The position numbers and the translations under genes are program-made. 64,000 bases of DNA from Chrysomallon squamiferum. Taxonomy: Eukaryota > Animalia > Mollusca. Location: the NCBI GenBank assembly GCA_012295275.1, contig CM022672.1, forward strand, positions 25,730,001 through 25,794,000. Reading direction: 5' to 3'. Of this stretch, positions 40,228 through 54,430 are shown piece after piece. The notes under the pieces were generated by a model. It was not told the origin of the DNA, searched no databases, and saw only the letters and a program-made list of their open reading frames with translations. How positions within the stretch are numbered: the first letter of the stretch is position 1; the number at the start of each line of letters is the position of its first letter.

Positions 40228-40282
40228 CTCCTTTCTTGGTCATGGTTATAATTCTTGTAAACGACAATAATGACCTGAACAT
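40228..40282 (-). CDS. Candidate distal alternative first coding exon (MFRSLLSFTRIITMTKKG|G)
   Basis: Consensus donor GAG|gtaagt in phase 1; in-frame ATGs at 40282 and 40243; no transcript evidence. Confidence 0.35.
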
Positions 40283-42974
40283 TGTGTTAAAAATATCATT
40301 TAAGTTAAAGTAATAAATAATCAGAGAATTAAAATCGAAAAATCTAAAAAGATGGCTGGAAAGAAGAAAACAAGCTGAAAACACCGAAATGGTCGTTAAA
40401 TGGAATAGATCCCGAAGCCTCTGGAATTTCACCATCTCCACCTATAGCTTTATTTAATGAATAATTATTGCTTTCTGCACTTGATATATGGTAGGAACGA
40501 TATGGCCTTTGTCTGAGAGACAGAATGAGTGTGGCAGAGAGAAAGCAAAACAAATCGAATGAACAAAACGATGCCGCCAATAACAGAGCTGGTTAACGAC
40601 CAATTATCACGTCTCCTACCGCGCACACTATACACAAAAGTGTCACTTTAATTATTCAAAAAAACCGTCACCATTGTAAGATTAATAAATGAACGGACAA
40701 AAAGCCTTTAACAGATAATTTATAGCATTATCCAGTATGTGAATTATGGCATATTATTTACTGAGTGATTAGTTTCTGTTTCTCTATGCTAATCGTTCAA
40801 ATTTGTGGCGGCTTTCGATCAAAGGAAAGTCCAACGATGAATGAATAGTTATCTCCGTGCGCAGTATTCACGTGAATGGTTTTTAAATAAAACCATGTTA
40901 GAAAATGAATAATTCAGATATTACTTTATTGAACTTTATGAAAACGAATCGGGTCTGATATTATCCATAAAAAAAACCCCACCCACATCTAAATGATAGA
41001 ATTACCCCAGTAAAGCAAATGTTCTCTCATTTTCTTTGTTTTTATTCTTAGTTTTTAAAAACATCTGTGTTTATAACAGGCCAAACTATGACATAATTAT
41101 TAAAAACATTTCTGTGAATCAAATTTGGCGAATTTATTTAAATAATATTTACAGAGACACTGATTATAGCATGAAATAATAATAACACTTGTTTTATCAA
41201 TTTATAATTATTTACCAAAGATAATTGAATTTAATTATTTATTATCTCAACAATATATAACAGTATTATGAAACTTGTTCTTTTTTTTTATAATTCTTGT
41301 TCTTTTTCTTCTTTTTTTACCAGTCATTATTCTGAAGATAATAGTAATATATAAGCTCAGTCTGGAAAGAGTTTGAGAAAACAACCAGATGAGAAACTCT
41401 AGACACACCACCTTCACCACCAACCAACAGCCCAGACGCTGTAAATCCTTCCTTTGCTGTTGTCGTGGATACGATGTAAACAAGGGACCCTCTGTTCTGA
41501 TCATCAACGGATAAGGATCTAAGTTCGAATCTAGACATGTCAAACTAGCCGTTATCTCTCAATATCACTAAACATATACGTCCAGCACGGGCATTTGCTC
41601 GTGCGTTTATTCTAATAACACCCAGGGGCGGTTCATACTGTAGTTGTATCTCTTGGGGTGACGTTATCGGATTGTCATATTGACGCAACCACTGCCGTGA
41701 CCATGTGGTTTTCCAGACACTGACGTCTTACTGACGTGTGGAATTTTGCTTAGGTAACGCATTTAGTTTAGTTAACCTCGCGCGTTTGTATTTGTTTTGT
41801 GGATTGTATTTAGATAACTGGGAATTATCGTTCTTGACAGCTATTGTAATATTGCACCGAAAAAGAAACATATCCGGAGTAAAATGAAAGAAAAAAAAAG
41901 AAAAAGAAGAAGAGAAAAATATAAAATAAAGAAGTTTTTACGTTAAATCTATAGTTATCACTAATACTCTTTTAAAATGTATTTGTTTATTTATTGTATA
42001 CGTCGTTCGAAACTGTTCCAGTATAAAATATATTCTGAATACCTCACACAAACACACACACACACACAACACTATTACATTACATTATCATATATGTTTT
42101 CACCATTTCTCTTGTTCTGTCTTCAAGTTATTCAACAAACTGTTCTAAACTGTACAGTATTTAAAATTATCGTTCCTACTATAGTTCCAACACTAATAAC
42201 AAATAACTGTTTTGTCAGTCTGTCGTTTTATCTCATACTTAAATTATAACTGTCCTGTTTATTTATTTATTTATTTGTTTGTTCGTTTGTTTGTTTGTTT
42301 GTTTGCTTGTTTATTTGTTTGCTTGCTTGGTTGGTTGTTTGTTTGTTTATCTGGTTTATTATTTTTGTTATGCATATACATGTAAAAAACCCAGCATATA
42401 TATATTATTATTTTGGAACAAATTACGACATATTGACTTTTTGTGTGTATTGTTGTTGGTATCTTTTTCTGATTTAAATTAATGTGTTTTTGTTGTTGTT
42501 CCTTCTTCTTCTACTTCTTTTTTTCTTTCTTCTAAATACAAAAAGCACGAAATTAGTATTTACAAGCTGTCATGTATATGCTCTGTCTGTTTTGAATGGA
42601 CGGGTCTCTATTGAAGCATTACCTTTTCAATTCATATTAATATTTAATGTCAAACGTATTTCATCTCAAATACCACATGCCAGCAACTGAGGGAGGGTGA
42701 TACATATAAGATTAAGAATAAAAAATAAAAAATAATAGTAATTGGGAAAGAAAGAAAGAAAAACAAATTGCTAGCCAAAGAAACAAAGGTGGTTGCGTGC
42801 ATCCTTGCGAATCAAAAGTGCTTTTGTGCTTTTGTCAGTACATTCAAAGTAGATGAGAATAAATAAACGAAAATAAGAATGTAAGAGCGTGAATAATGAA
42901 AAATAGTCCAAAATAAATAAATTTTTAATTACAAAAGTAATAATAATAATATAATGCTTCAAATAGAAAAGCTG

Positions 42975-43075
<101 letters not shown>

Positions 43076-44564
43076 CATGGATAGAGGGATGGCAGAAAGA
43101 AGAGGGAGGGAAAATGTGCATTTATGTGTGATAGATATAGTGTAGATGGACAAAAAAAAAGAGAAGCAGGGAATATTATAAACATTTTCCTCATGTAACT
43201 TAAAATATACTATGAACTATTTCTTTGTAGCAACAACAAAATAAAATATTTATATCAGTCTAAAATTAAAATTCAGCAGAATATGTGGATATAAATATGA
43301 AAAGAACATATATAAAATATACAAACGTAGATCTTTCTTTGTACTTTTGAACTAGTTAATTATAATGGACATTATCGCAGGATAATGTATCAAAAAATGC
43401 GTTTAAATATAAGTGGTTCCTTGATAACACTCGCTTAGGAAAAAACCTTACATCACAAAACAGAAGAAGAGTTGACGTTTATATGCATGTCCTTAAAATT
43501 ATTGACTACTAAATGCATAAATGAAAGAACTACCTTTTGTGATGTTTACTACACAACCGCCTTTTCCTTTTGTCGCTAGAAATTTAGCCAAATTTCAGGA
43601 GCTATTAGCAAGTTAATGAACACAAAATATTTAGTATATGGCCATTTTTCCACACGCACACAAAAGAGTAGCTTCGGTGTGGGCGGGCAAACCCCAGCGG
43701 TGAAGACGGCCAAAGGCGAAGAACTTGAAAGATGCTTTTTCAGAAAAGGTGTAAGCTCAGGCTTGTTATTTGGGGATTAAGTCATTAATTCATAGCCTTT
43801 CGCTAGTTAATTACAAGCAACCACTGGTTAACTGACGGAATGCGCATTGCCCTAATCAGACGCTTTCGTTGTTCGACAAAACGTCATGTTGCCATGACAG
43901 CGCGTGCCCTGCTTACTTTGTGCGGTTTGAAAGTCGGAGCAGATGACGTCTGATTTTCACGTCAAATGTGGGAGGGTCTGTGATGATTGATTGATTTCCG
44001 TCGCGATATGAAATGCTAGCGCTTGTCTAGAAATAATTGGTACTGGTTCATCCAGCTTTGTTTCGAAGATACCGGTAGGCAATTGTCGTCTTGGGGATTC
44101 CTGTAGCAGCCCTTCAATCATCGCACAGGCAGAGCTGTCAGTATGTTTGTAAGGAATGCAGCGTTTTAAATTTTAAATATTTAAAATATATAAAACAAAA
44201 TAACACATATACACATGCTTATATACACACAGAAACATGCACACAAACATTTGATAAATTAAAAAAAACAAAAAAAAAAACCTGGTACACCAATTTCAAA
44301 TAAATAAACGAACAAACAAATATGTATCTGCTTCCTTTTTCAATTAGCAGCATGGAATTCAAAGTTTTGAAATCTTAAATTTTATTTTAACTTTAATTAG
44401 TGTTTTCTGCATAAATTAAGTCAACTCCTCAAATTATCAACTGCGGCCGATACAATATTTGTTACCCTTTTCAGTATGCACTGCCCCTCAGATCTTTGTT
44501 AGGATTGTTTTCTTCGTTTTAGTTTTTTCTTCTTATTTTTTTTCTCCATTTTCTGCTTCTTCTG

Positions 44565-44598
<34 letters not shown>

Positions 44599-45587
44599 TC
44601 TTTTTATTTCTGTATTCTTCTGCAGACATCCCACAAATTCGTTCTCACTTTCTCTCTCCCTTTCTTTACGTGATGTATCAGTGCATTCGAAATTCATTTT
44701 GAAAACGAGGACTATTGTGGTACAGTATTTACGTCGTCCTGATTAAATAGCGCGTTTTATTGTTGCGGATTACGTTACAACTTGGTCTTTCATAACCCTA
44801 CTTGACTGTTACTCAGACTCGTCGGCGTAACAACCGTAGGTGTTAGGTGGTCCACTCAACCACGTGATTGCGCTCGACAGTAGATTATTCTGTGGTTGGG
44901 GAGTTGTTACGACACCTTGTTAAAATCCTGCACGACAAGACAATGGCCCACACGAGAAGATAAACATCTCTCGCTCATCGTCAACAACAATCCCGCCTTT
45001 TCAATAGAGTTCTAAATTGAAATCAACAATACCCCCCTCACAGCGCCCTTGGCTTCTCATCCCCGCTCCAAGACACGCATTGGCTTCTGGCAGCGTAGTG
45101 TTTGGAGCGTTGTGAATAGAGTTTTTGTTGGTTTTGAGTTTTTCGTATAGAAAATTCAGCATGTACCCTGAGGCAGGGCCAATGGCCTAAGACACCTACC
45201 AGGAATGTCATCTGTAGAACTCTTGTTCAATAAGTACGCTGACTTGCATGTTATTCTTTGGCGAAGGCGACACTGTTCTTTATATGAAAAATTAGTATTT
45301 ATTTGTTGTTTAGACGTGTCTTTATAAGTGTGTCAAACAGTAGGTGGTAAGGGTTTTTAGATCATTTTGTTTGGCACCCTGATTTCATTAGTTTTTACGC
45401 CACAGTCTGACAAGCAACGCGCTGGAGAATAAAGACTGGACGTTGGGGGTAGTCGCAAAAGTTTGGTTTAATTAATTAGGGAAGGAAAGAAATCAGATAT
45501 AAAATACCCTGTTAAATAACCGTAAACATTGAATAACATCTGTAGATATTCAACCATACTGACATTCTCATACATACAGTCTACATA

Positions 45588-45609
<22 letters not shown>

Positions 45610-45632
<23 letters not shown>

Positions 45633-46585
45633 CCATGCATCCATTACATCTATCCATCCATCCATCCATCCATCCATCCATCCATACATACATACATACA
45701 TACATCATATATGCCTTATATATAACATCATTTATATTCATACATAGACAAATGCATATACAATTATATGCATATACTGATATACAGACACACATATAAA
45801 CATAAATTATAAATTAATTAGCTTTTTAAGTCCAAGAATCAGTCATAACAAATAAAATCAAGCAGTTCTATTGTAAGTATTTATCTCTGAATTAATTGTA
45901 AACTAAAAAAACAAACACATACAATATATCTGCATACACAATCATAAACACGAACATACTACATACATACAGAAAAACATACTTGCATATATGTACTGAT
46001 AAATAAATGCATACAAAATACACCCTTCATGCATACTTTCAAATAGATAAATACATGTTTACATACATACATATACGTACATACATACATATATACTAAC
46101 ACATACATAATAAAACATTCATGCACACATACACATTACATACGTTCATACATACACATATACATGCATCCATTACATCTATCCATCCATCCAACCATCC
46201 ATCCATCCATCCAACCATCCATCCATCCATCCATCCATCCATCCATCCATCCATCCATCCATCCATCCATCCATCCATCCATCCATCCATCCATCCATCC
46301 ATCCATCCATCCATCCATCCATCCATCCATCCATCCATCCATCCATCCATCCATCCATACAAACATACATACATCATATATGCCTTATATATAACATCAT
46401 TTATATTCATACACAGACAAATGCATATACAATTATATGCATATACTGATATACAGACACACATATAAACATAAATTATAAATTAATTAGCTTTTTTAAG
46501 TCTATGAATCAGTCATAACAAATAAAATCTTTCATATCCATCAAACAGTTCTATTGTAAGTATTTATCTCTGAATTAATTAGAAA
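45610..46585 (+). repeat. Local direct duplication (about 45610-45905 and 46155-46585) containing (ATCC)n
   Basis: Shared CATGCATCCATTACATCTATCC...TGCCTTATATATAACATC...TTTATCTCTGAATTAATT; (ATCC)n is much longer in the second copy. Confidence 0.92.
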
Positions 46586-49011
46586 GTAAAAAAATATATA
46601 TTTGTGAAGTGTAATTGCATCAAAATGGAAGTGTCCAATGATCGCAAATGTACAATGATATACTGTATTGGGGTTTTTCCTTTTCAGAGTTTTTCAGTTA
46701 GCGAAAACTGTTTTTAATGAAGGAATTCTAGCTGGTAACAGATATCAAATACATCTGCTCCTGGTTTTTACCTTTTCACTTCGGTTGGTCGATGGCTTAG
46801 ACAAGATTTAGTGTATTATTTCTGAATAAGCTGTTACAAATTTGCAGCTTTGAAATACTGTCCAGGAGGCTGGACATTGTTCAGCTAGAGTGTTAAACGA
46901 TAAAAAAAACTAACTAAAAAAAACGGTGTAAAGGTTTTATGTCCACTATTAGTTCTGGTTCTATAGAAGCCGCTAGCGCCATGCAGCCCAGTGTCAAAGG
47001 GCTTTTTTTTAAAAATTTTTATCTTAGGATCTAACCTTGTGATTCCCAACCAGACTGCCACGGAGCCCTCGAGTTCCAAGAACTATGTTCAGGTGTTCAG
47101 CAAGAAATTTGTAGAAACAAAAGTTGTTAATATATGAATATAATTATACACGTATATATTTACATAGCGTGTTTTGATATATGGCAAATATTTTAAGGGT
47201 TTGACAATAGCAAAACGGATCCATTGGTCTAACCAAATCCTTTATATTGACTGGTTGTGTTACCATGAGCAGCAAGGGTAGATTATCTTCACTGTCGGTG
47301 GTAATACATCAGATACCACAATATTTGTTATCTTTATACAGGCTCTTCGCCATTCATTAGACTATGCATCTGAACTATGGATTTAAGATAGAAATTTCAA
47401 ATAATAAAATTTGTGTTTAATAGAAAAGAATGTGTATTATATATCGACTCAAAAGATCATCGGTTGAATGAAAAATAATAAATAGTATAATTTAATTCGG
47501 GCTTAGCGGCTTAAAGCTTTTGTTACAATATATATATTATGAATCCAAAACCTCCCCCCCCCCAAAAAACCACCCGTCATTTCCTAAAACGAAAATATTT
47601 TAGGCAAATTAATAACTCTGCATGAAAAGAAGTGGAATAAAACAAGTCTAACATCCTCTGGATAAGTCGCTAACAAGTAAGTCGCAAGCGTCTGAAAATG
47701 CAATTGTTAGTGGAACAAAGAACATGGCCAGTTATGAGCAACCACAGAAAGACGGACATTAACCTTCACTCGTTCCGTGATGACCACATGACCTTTAATA
47801 TCTGTGCGAGCGACTTACAACAAAGTTTAACGTGGCCCTTTTACAAGAGAAACGATACAGGGAGGTGTTCTGCCATCGTTGTGTGCGGGACGACAATGCG
47901 AATCCGGTCTAGGAATCAAGTCGGGAGGTGACGGGGGGGGGCATTTTCAAGTTTGACGTAAAACACGTGTGTTTCGATATGAATGAAATGTCCTGTGCTC
48001 CAAGTTCAAACGAATAAAGAACAAGATGAAGTCTTTCAAGTTTCCCTGGCAATTAATAAAATACCGTTTCCACGGCGTCGAACTTAATGAATTTGATCTT
48101 CAAAAGGTGATTAGTATCCGCCATGTTGGGATGATCTGTCAAAGTTGCCGATACCTATGACGACCAGTGTTCCGCCCTTCGCGTCACCTGCTTTAAGAAA
48201 AATGTAATCTCTTCTTCTTTCTTTTTTAGTCTTCTTTTTATTTTTTTTTTTTTCCCCCTTTTTTCCCCCTTTGTTCGTTTAAACTGTCTAAGTTATAAAT
48301 AAATCAGAATTATTTCCGTAAAGCTAAAAATGAAATGTATAAGTCAGTAAAACGGTTACCATTCTCTATCTTTTCTTTCTTTCTTTCTTTCGTTCTTTCT
48401 TTTTTCTACTTCTGATAAAGGTATGACTTACATTTAATTTGTACTCTTTTAAGTTATTGTTTTGTTTGATCTGACAACCGGTTTTTAACAAAGGATCCAA
48501 ATAAAACAACAAGTTCGTGAGGTACAAGAAGTCTCGTTACTTTTTTCTTGTGAAAGCATATTTTATTTAAAAAAAAAAAAAAAAAAATTCCTAATAGATA
48601 TTGATATGTAAATATGAAAAGTAATTATGAAATAAAGAAAAAAAACGTCAGCTTTAGAGAAGTTTTTATTTCTTTATTTATGTATCTATATATGTATGCA
48701 CCTACGTTTGTATGAATGTATGAATGTATGAATGTATGTATGTATGTATGTATGTATGTATGTATGTATGTGTACTAATTAATTCATTATTAGCAAATAT
48801 TCGTCCAAAAAATGTGTTTCGGCCTTTTATATAAATACAGTTTGGTAGTACCTTCTAGTTTAAAACATTTTAAATGTTTATTTATTTACTGTTGTTGTTA
48901 GAATGAATGTTCAAGACTTAATTTTCTTTAATTTTGTAGCATCCATACGTTTTATTAAAAAAAAATGTATAGTATTTTCATTTATTGACTTATTTTTTAT
49001 TTATTTATTTA

Positions 49012-49060
<49 letters not shown>

Positions 49061-50057
49061 TAATTATTTTGGAATTCAAAGCAAAACAGTCAACGTGAAT
49101 GTTAATTTTACATTTTGTTTGGACCCTTGATTTATATTCAGAAGGTTGACCAAGCCCATAATTTTTGTCTTTTTCATTACTGACTTTCTGAACGTTCATT
49201 TTTAAACAAGTGCGCAGGCGTATAATATGTGATTTACTGTCAAGAGCAAATCTGACATTTCGTTATAGTCTTTCTGTTTCACAAATAATTAGAAGTGAAC
49301 CGTACAAGAGAAGATGTTTTCTTCAATTTGGCGAGGTGAACGTCAGCGATGTTGTATAAAGGCACCCCAGCGAGGTTCCCTCTGCGGTTATAGGACCCCG
49401 AGGAAGAGCAAAAAGACCACTGAATGTACCACGACCTGCACGGGCGTTATCCCATTGTCTAGCGACAAAACAAGTCTGAAAGGCAAAAATTATTTATCTG
49501 AGTTTTATTTTGTAGAAAGAGCGATCACATTGTGTAGCCGACTGCAGGAAACAAATCAGAGTAACCTCCCCTCAGTCACCTGTCTCGTTAGGTTAACAGC
49601 AATGACATCAGTCCGCTGGAGCGTGTGCATCGTATCGAATGAAACTTCATGGTAACCCGCATTCATGTTAGACACGGTGATATCGTCCCCCTCCCCCTGC
49701 CCCCATTCCATTTATTTTAAATAGGATTCACCTACTAACGTATAAAGAAGTCAATTTGGCAAAAGTAAAAGTGGCTGCAGGCGACAAAGGCAGATAACTC
49801 AAAGTCTCATTATCGTGATAAGAACGAAGTCTATTTTCAGTAATTAATCTGGCAAAGGGTTATATATTTCTGTATAAGTATTCATCAGTTCTGAAAATTA
49901 GATCCTTAAAGTTTTGTTCTCGTAATCTCAGTCAGAATGGGCAAAGCTGTAAGACGTTATGCACAAATAAAACTGGCAGTCGTATCATCTGATTTGTAAA
50001 GAGAAATAAAATCACTTTTAGAACCCTCTTCATTCTTTTAAATAAATAAATAAATAA

Positions 50058-50125
<68 letters not shown>

Positions 50126-50246
50126 GGTTGTTGTTATTCCAGTTCCTTTCTCACGAAGAAAACCGATATTTTAGGAATATATTTGTGGGAAACTTTTTAA
50201 AAAAAAAAAAAAAAAGAAAAGACAAATGACTAAATAAATAAACAAA

Positions 50247-50278
<32 letters not shown>

Positions 50279-50522
50279 GATTGTGTATTTTCTCAAATAT
50301 ACAGTAGGAATATATTCATGCTTACCTTGAAAGTATTTTAAGAAAGTAAAAATTATGAACAGTATTTCACAAGTTAAAAATTTGTTCAACCAATTATTAT
50401 AGTCTACTATTTCAGAAACAAAACATGGAAAAAATAAAAATAAATAGAGATACAACAAAACTACAAGTCAGTCTGTAACAAAATAAATAAATAAATAAAT
50501 AAATAAATGGTTGGTTTTGGTT

Positions 50523-50556
<34 letters not shown>

Positions 50557-51319
50557 TAAAATAATAATAAAAGCAAGAAGGAATAGCTATTTTTCTAGCT
50601 CCAGATATCATCTATTAATAAATTCGAGTCAGAATCATCTTCTTAATTAACATCAGCTCGGCAACTGTCGGAAAAGATTACGATATTTTACGACACTCCA
50701 CGAACCATAAACTTACAACTTCATGGCTAAGTGCTTGTTTCGTGAACTTTGATTTGATCGTAAAAATTAGATTTGAAACCACTGTTCAAACATGCCATGG
50801 GAAATGATCTCGGTTTGGCTAACGAGTATGAACTGAAATTAAACAAAAATGTTTCTCTGACATACGTATTTCATGGGTCAGAAGATATCGTGTCCTTCTT
50901 AGAAAACCAGGACAAATGGCACGCAGATTAAAAACAATTATCTTAATTATAGAGTTTCCCAGTCGTTCCCAGGTGCCCTAGCCTTTAATTTGACGTGCCC
51001 TTTAGGCTGACCCCGTTCGCTGGAGAAAGTCCATAGAATTACAATACATATTTTCAAATTAATAAGCATTCTGGTCGGCCAGTTGTTACCTTCTAGTAAT
51101 TCATGTAGAAAATGTGAAGTCGGCACGAAACTGTTGGCGTGAAAATAGATGTCATTAACAAAGAACTGATTTTACATTTCTCTCTTTTCTTTTATTTCTG
51201 TGTTACTAGAAAGTGAATGGATTACTAGAAATATTCACAAATATTTTTAGAAGTAACAGAAAAATGTCTTCTTCTTTCTTTTTTTTTTTTTTTCATTTTC
51301 TTCTTTGTCCTTTTCTTTT

Positions 51320-53581
51320 TTTATTTCTTCTTTTTCTTCTTCTTCTTATGATTATAAGTAGTAATAGCAGTAGCAGAATAGTTGTAAAAGTAGTAGTAGA
51401 CTTAATTGTAGTACCTTATCTTTTTATTTATGGATGTGTGAATGTTGCATATATGTATGTATAAATGTATGTATGTATGTACGGATATATGCATGTCGGT
51501 AAGTATGTATGTATGTATGTATGTATGTATGTATGTATGTATGTATGTATGTATGTATGTATGTATATATGTAAGTATGTATGTATGTATGTATATATGT
51601 TTAGCTCCAGGCATGTGCTAAAATCACACTATCAGTGTCATAAAGATTTCAATTATTTTTTTCAAGAGTCCCACTTGTTTAAATTACCCTTTTCTTCTAA
51701 CGATTCATTTACTTCGTACATACATTGAATTTCTAATTGAATTAACCATTGAAATACAATTCGGAACAACCCTTTCCTCTTCAGAATTCCTTTTTCTTTT
51801 TTTCTTTTTTATTTCCATTCCTTACATTCATTTTCTTTCTTTTCTTTTTCTTCTAAAAATAAAAAATAAAAAAGTTTCTTCAACTATTTTTTGTTGTTGT
51901 TGTTCGAAGTCTCTAACATCCAAGTGGCTCAAGGACATTTTCGTTCTGTTTTGTTTCGTTCCATCCGTGTTTACATTAATACAGAAAAGAAGGAGACCTT
52001 CTCATTTAGCAGAATTCTCCGACACAAGGTAAGTGGTTTTTTTCCTTCATCCGCCATCATCTTTTTGTTCTGTTATATTTACTTTATCATACAAGATGTA
52101 ACTCGCGAAGGCTTTTAAGTGACTGCCTCGATAAAAGGCTGCAAAATGATGAGAGATTTCACAAAAGACCAATGGTTTCTCAAACTACCTGTTGCATACT
52201 TTAGTTAAGCCTTCTTCAATTGAATGAGGGAGGTGCCCGGATATAAAAGGTAATTAAAGAAAACAGGTAATCACATTAAGGGATCAATTACAACATTGTT
52301 CTTTATTAAAGGGATTAACAATCGTCTGCTAAGTACCCGACGAATGGAACTGCCCACTGTTTGACAATTATTATTTACCTTGCAACATAAAAGACTATGT
52401 TTTACCTGCATTTTTATAGATTTTTGTTTCAGATCTCCAGTTTGACGAGCGAGAAGGAGATCGTTTCTTTGTCACACAAGTGGGCGAAACACCGTGGGAA
52501 ACTGAAAAATTTCGTCACAAACCCGCAATTAAGTGAAATGTATATCAAACGTTTATCTGTACACTAAAACTGCCTCCAGAATGAAAATAAAATAAATGAA
52601 GAATAATATCAAAAAAAACAAAGACGTACTGAAATTAACAACAAAGTATTTTTGAAAATCGTTACACGATTTAAAACACATTTACGTAACATCATTTATT
52701 CGGTATTCTCCAAGCAAAACTTTCTAGCCAGATTTATTCTACTCAAAACAAGTATTAGTATTATTTTTAAAATTTTATTTTTTAAATTATTCAAAATTTG
52801 AAGAGTCTATATTATACTGTTAAAGACGATTATTGTAGGGGTGGGGTTTTCAGCGTAAGATTTTGAAGCACATCTTGAAACAAACAAGGTTCTGTCTTTT
52901 CGTTTGTTGATGTGTGTAAAACTGTAAGAATATTGAAGGTGCATTTTATTATATCTTATTTTTATTTTTGTTTTTATTTTATTTTATTTTATTTTATTTT
53001 ATAATATCAATTCATTCAGTTTTATTATTTTTATTTATTTATTTATTTATTTATTTACTTATTTATTATTTTTATTTTTTATTATTTTATTTTTTTTTTA
53101 TTATTATTTTTTCTCAAGTTATACATACAAGAATTTAAATAAAATTTTATTGAAATAAAGTCCTAAAACCGACACTTCGATTATAAATCATCATCAGCAC
53201 AGCTTTATTATTTTCGCGTGTTGTTACCGCGTAAATAATTTTTTTATTTCGACAGAAAAACAACAGGCACACACACACAGAGGTACTCTTGTTTTGACCC
53301 TGATTTGACAGCTAACTAATGCACAAACTTACATCGGTGTCTGCGCAATATGAACTGGACACGCAATCTATCTTTGTATAACGCTAATCTGTACATTAAC
53401 ATTTAAACAAGGTGATAAAGACTTTAATGACAGTTTTAATGGGAGTGAAAGGTTCTGGTGTCTGTTATAAATACCCATTCCTGACGGTGTCGACATTTTA
53501 TGGGATTTCATTATATTTTCTTATCAAATCTGTTCTTATGACAATATCACTGCGTCTCGGTTTATCTCTCCCTACCCCCCC

Positions 53582-53648
<67 letters not shown>

Positions 53649-54070
53649 CTCATTGGAAAGAAAACGAATGTAAGGAATGGAAATAAAAGAAGGGTAAAAA
53701 AGAAGTAATTCTGAAGAGGAAAGGGTTGTTCTGAATTGTATTTCAATGGTTAATTCAATTAGAAATTCAATGTATGCACGAAGTAAATGAATCGTTAGAA
53801 GAAAAGGGTAATTTGAACAAGTGGGACTCTTGAAAAAAATAATTGAAATCTTTATGACACTGATAGTGTGATTTTAGCACATGCCTGGAGCTAAACATAT
53901 ATACATACATACATACATACTTACATATATACATACATACATACATATATGCAACATTCACTTATACACACATATATAAATATTCAATGTACAATAAACA
54001 GATAAGACTACTACTAGTTTTACAACTATTATTACTTTTAATCATAAGAAGAAGAAGAACAAGAAGAAAA
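51320..54070. repeat. Long inverted repeat: arms about 51320-51840 and 53655-54070, spacer about 1.8 kb
   Basis: TTTAGCTCCAGGCATGTGCTAAAATCAC... at 51600 is the reverse complement of sequence near 53870-53895; ORF tracks on opposite strands give the same peptide. Confidence 0.95.
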
Positions 54071-54124
54071 AGTTTAGCTAAACTAAAAATATACACGTAT
54101 ATACATGCATAGATATTGACATAT

Positions 54125-54300
54125 TCACACACATACACCATATCTGTATACACAATTATAAACTACATACATACAGAAAAACATATTTGCATATATATAT
54201 ACTGATACATATATGCATACAGATATACACGCCTTCATGCATACTTTCAAATACATAAATGCATGTTTGCATACATACGCATACGTACATACATACATAT

Positions 54301-54352
<52 letters not shown>

Positions 54353-54430
54353 TAACACAAACATAATAATACATTCATGCATACATACACATTACATACG
54401 TTCATACATACACATATACATGCATACATG
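54125..54430 (+). repeat. Diverged copy of 45910-46170 (TACA-derived complex repeat)
   Basis: Shared CCTTCATGCATACTTTCAAATA and CACATTACATACGTTCATACATACACATATACATGCAT. Confidence 0.85.

Noticed and set aside
45529-46468. ORFs with MDGW/HPSI repeats
   Set aside because: Translations of the (ATCC)n microsatellite.
43400-47600. Whole 4 kb block being mirror-reversed
   Set aside because: 45910-46170 matches 54125-54430 in normal orientation and 43861-44700 has ordinary word ratios; only sub-segments are kept as weak findings.
50171-50458. ORF with a phase-1 donor CAAG|gtaagc near 50327
   Set aside because: No in-frame ATG upstream and low-complexity AT-rich sequence.
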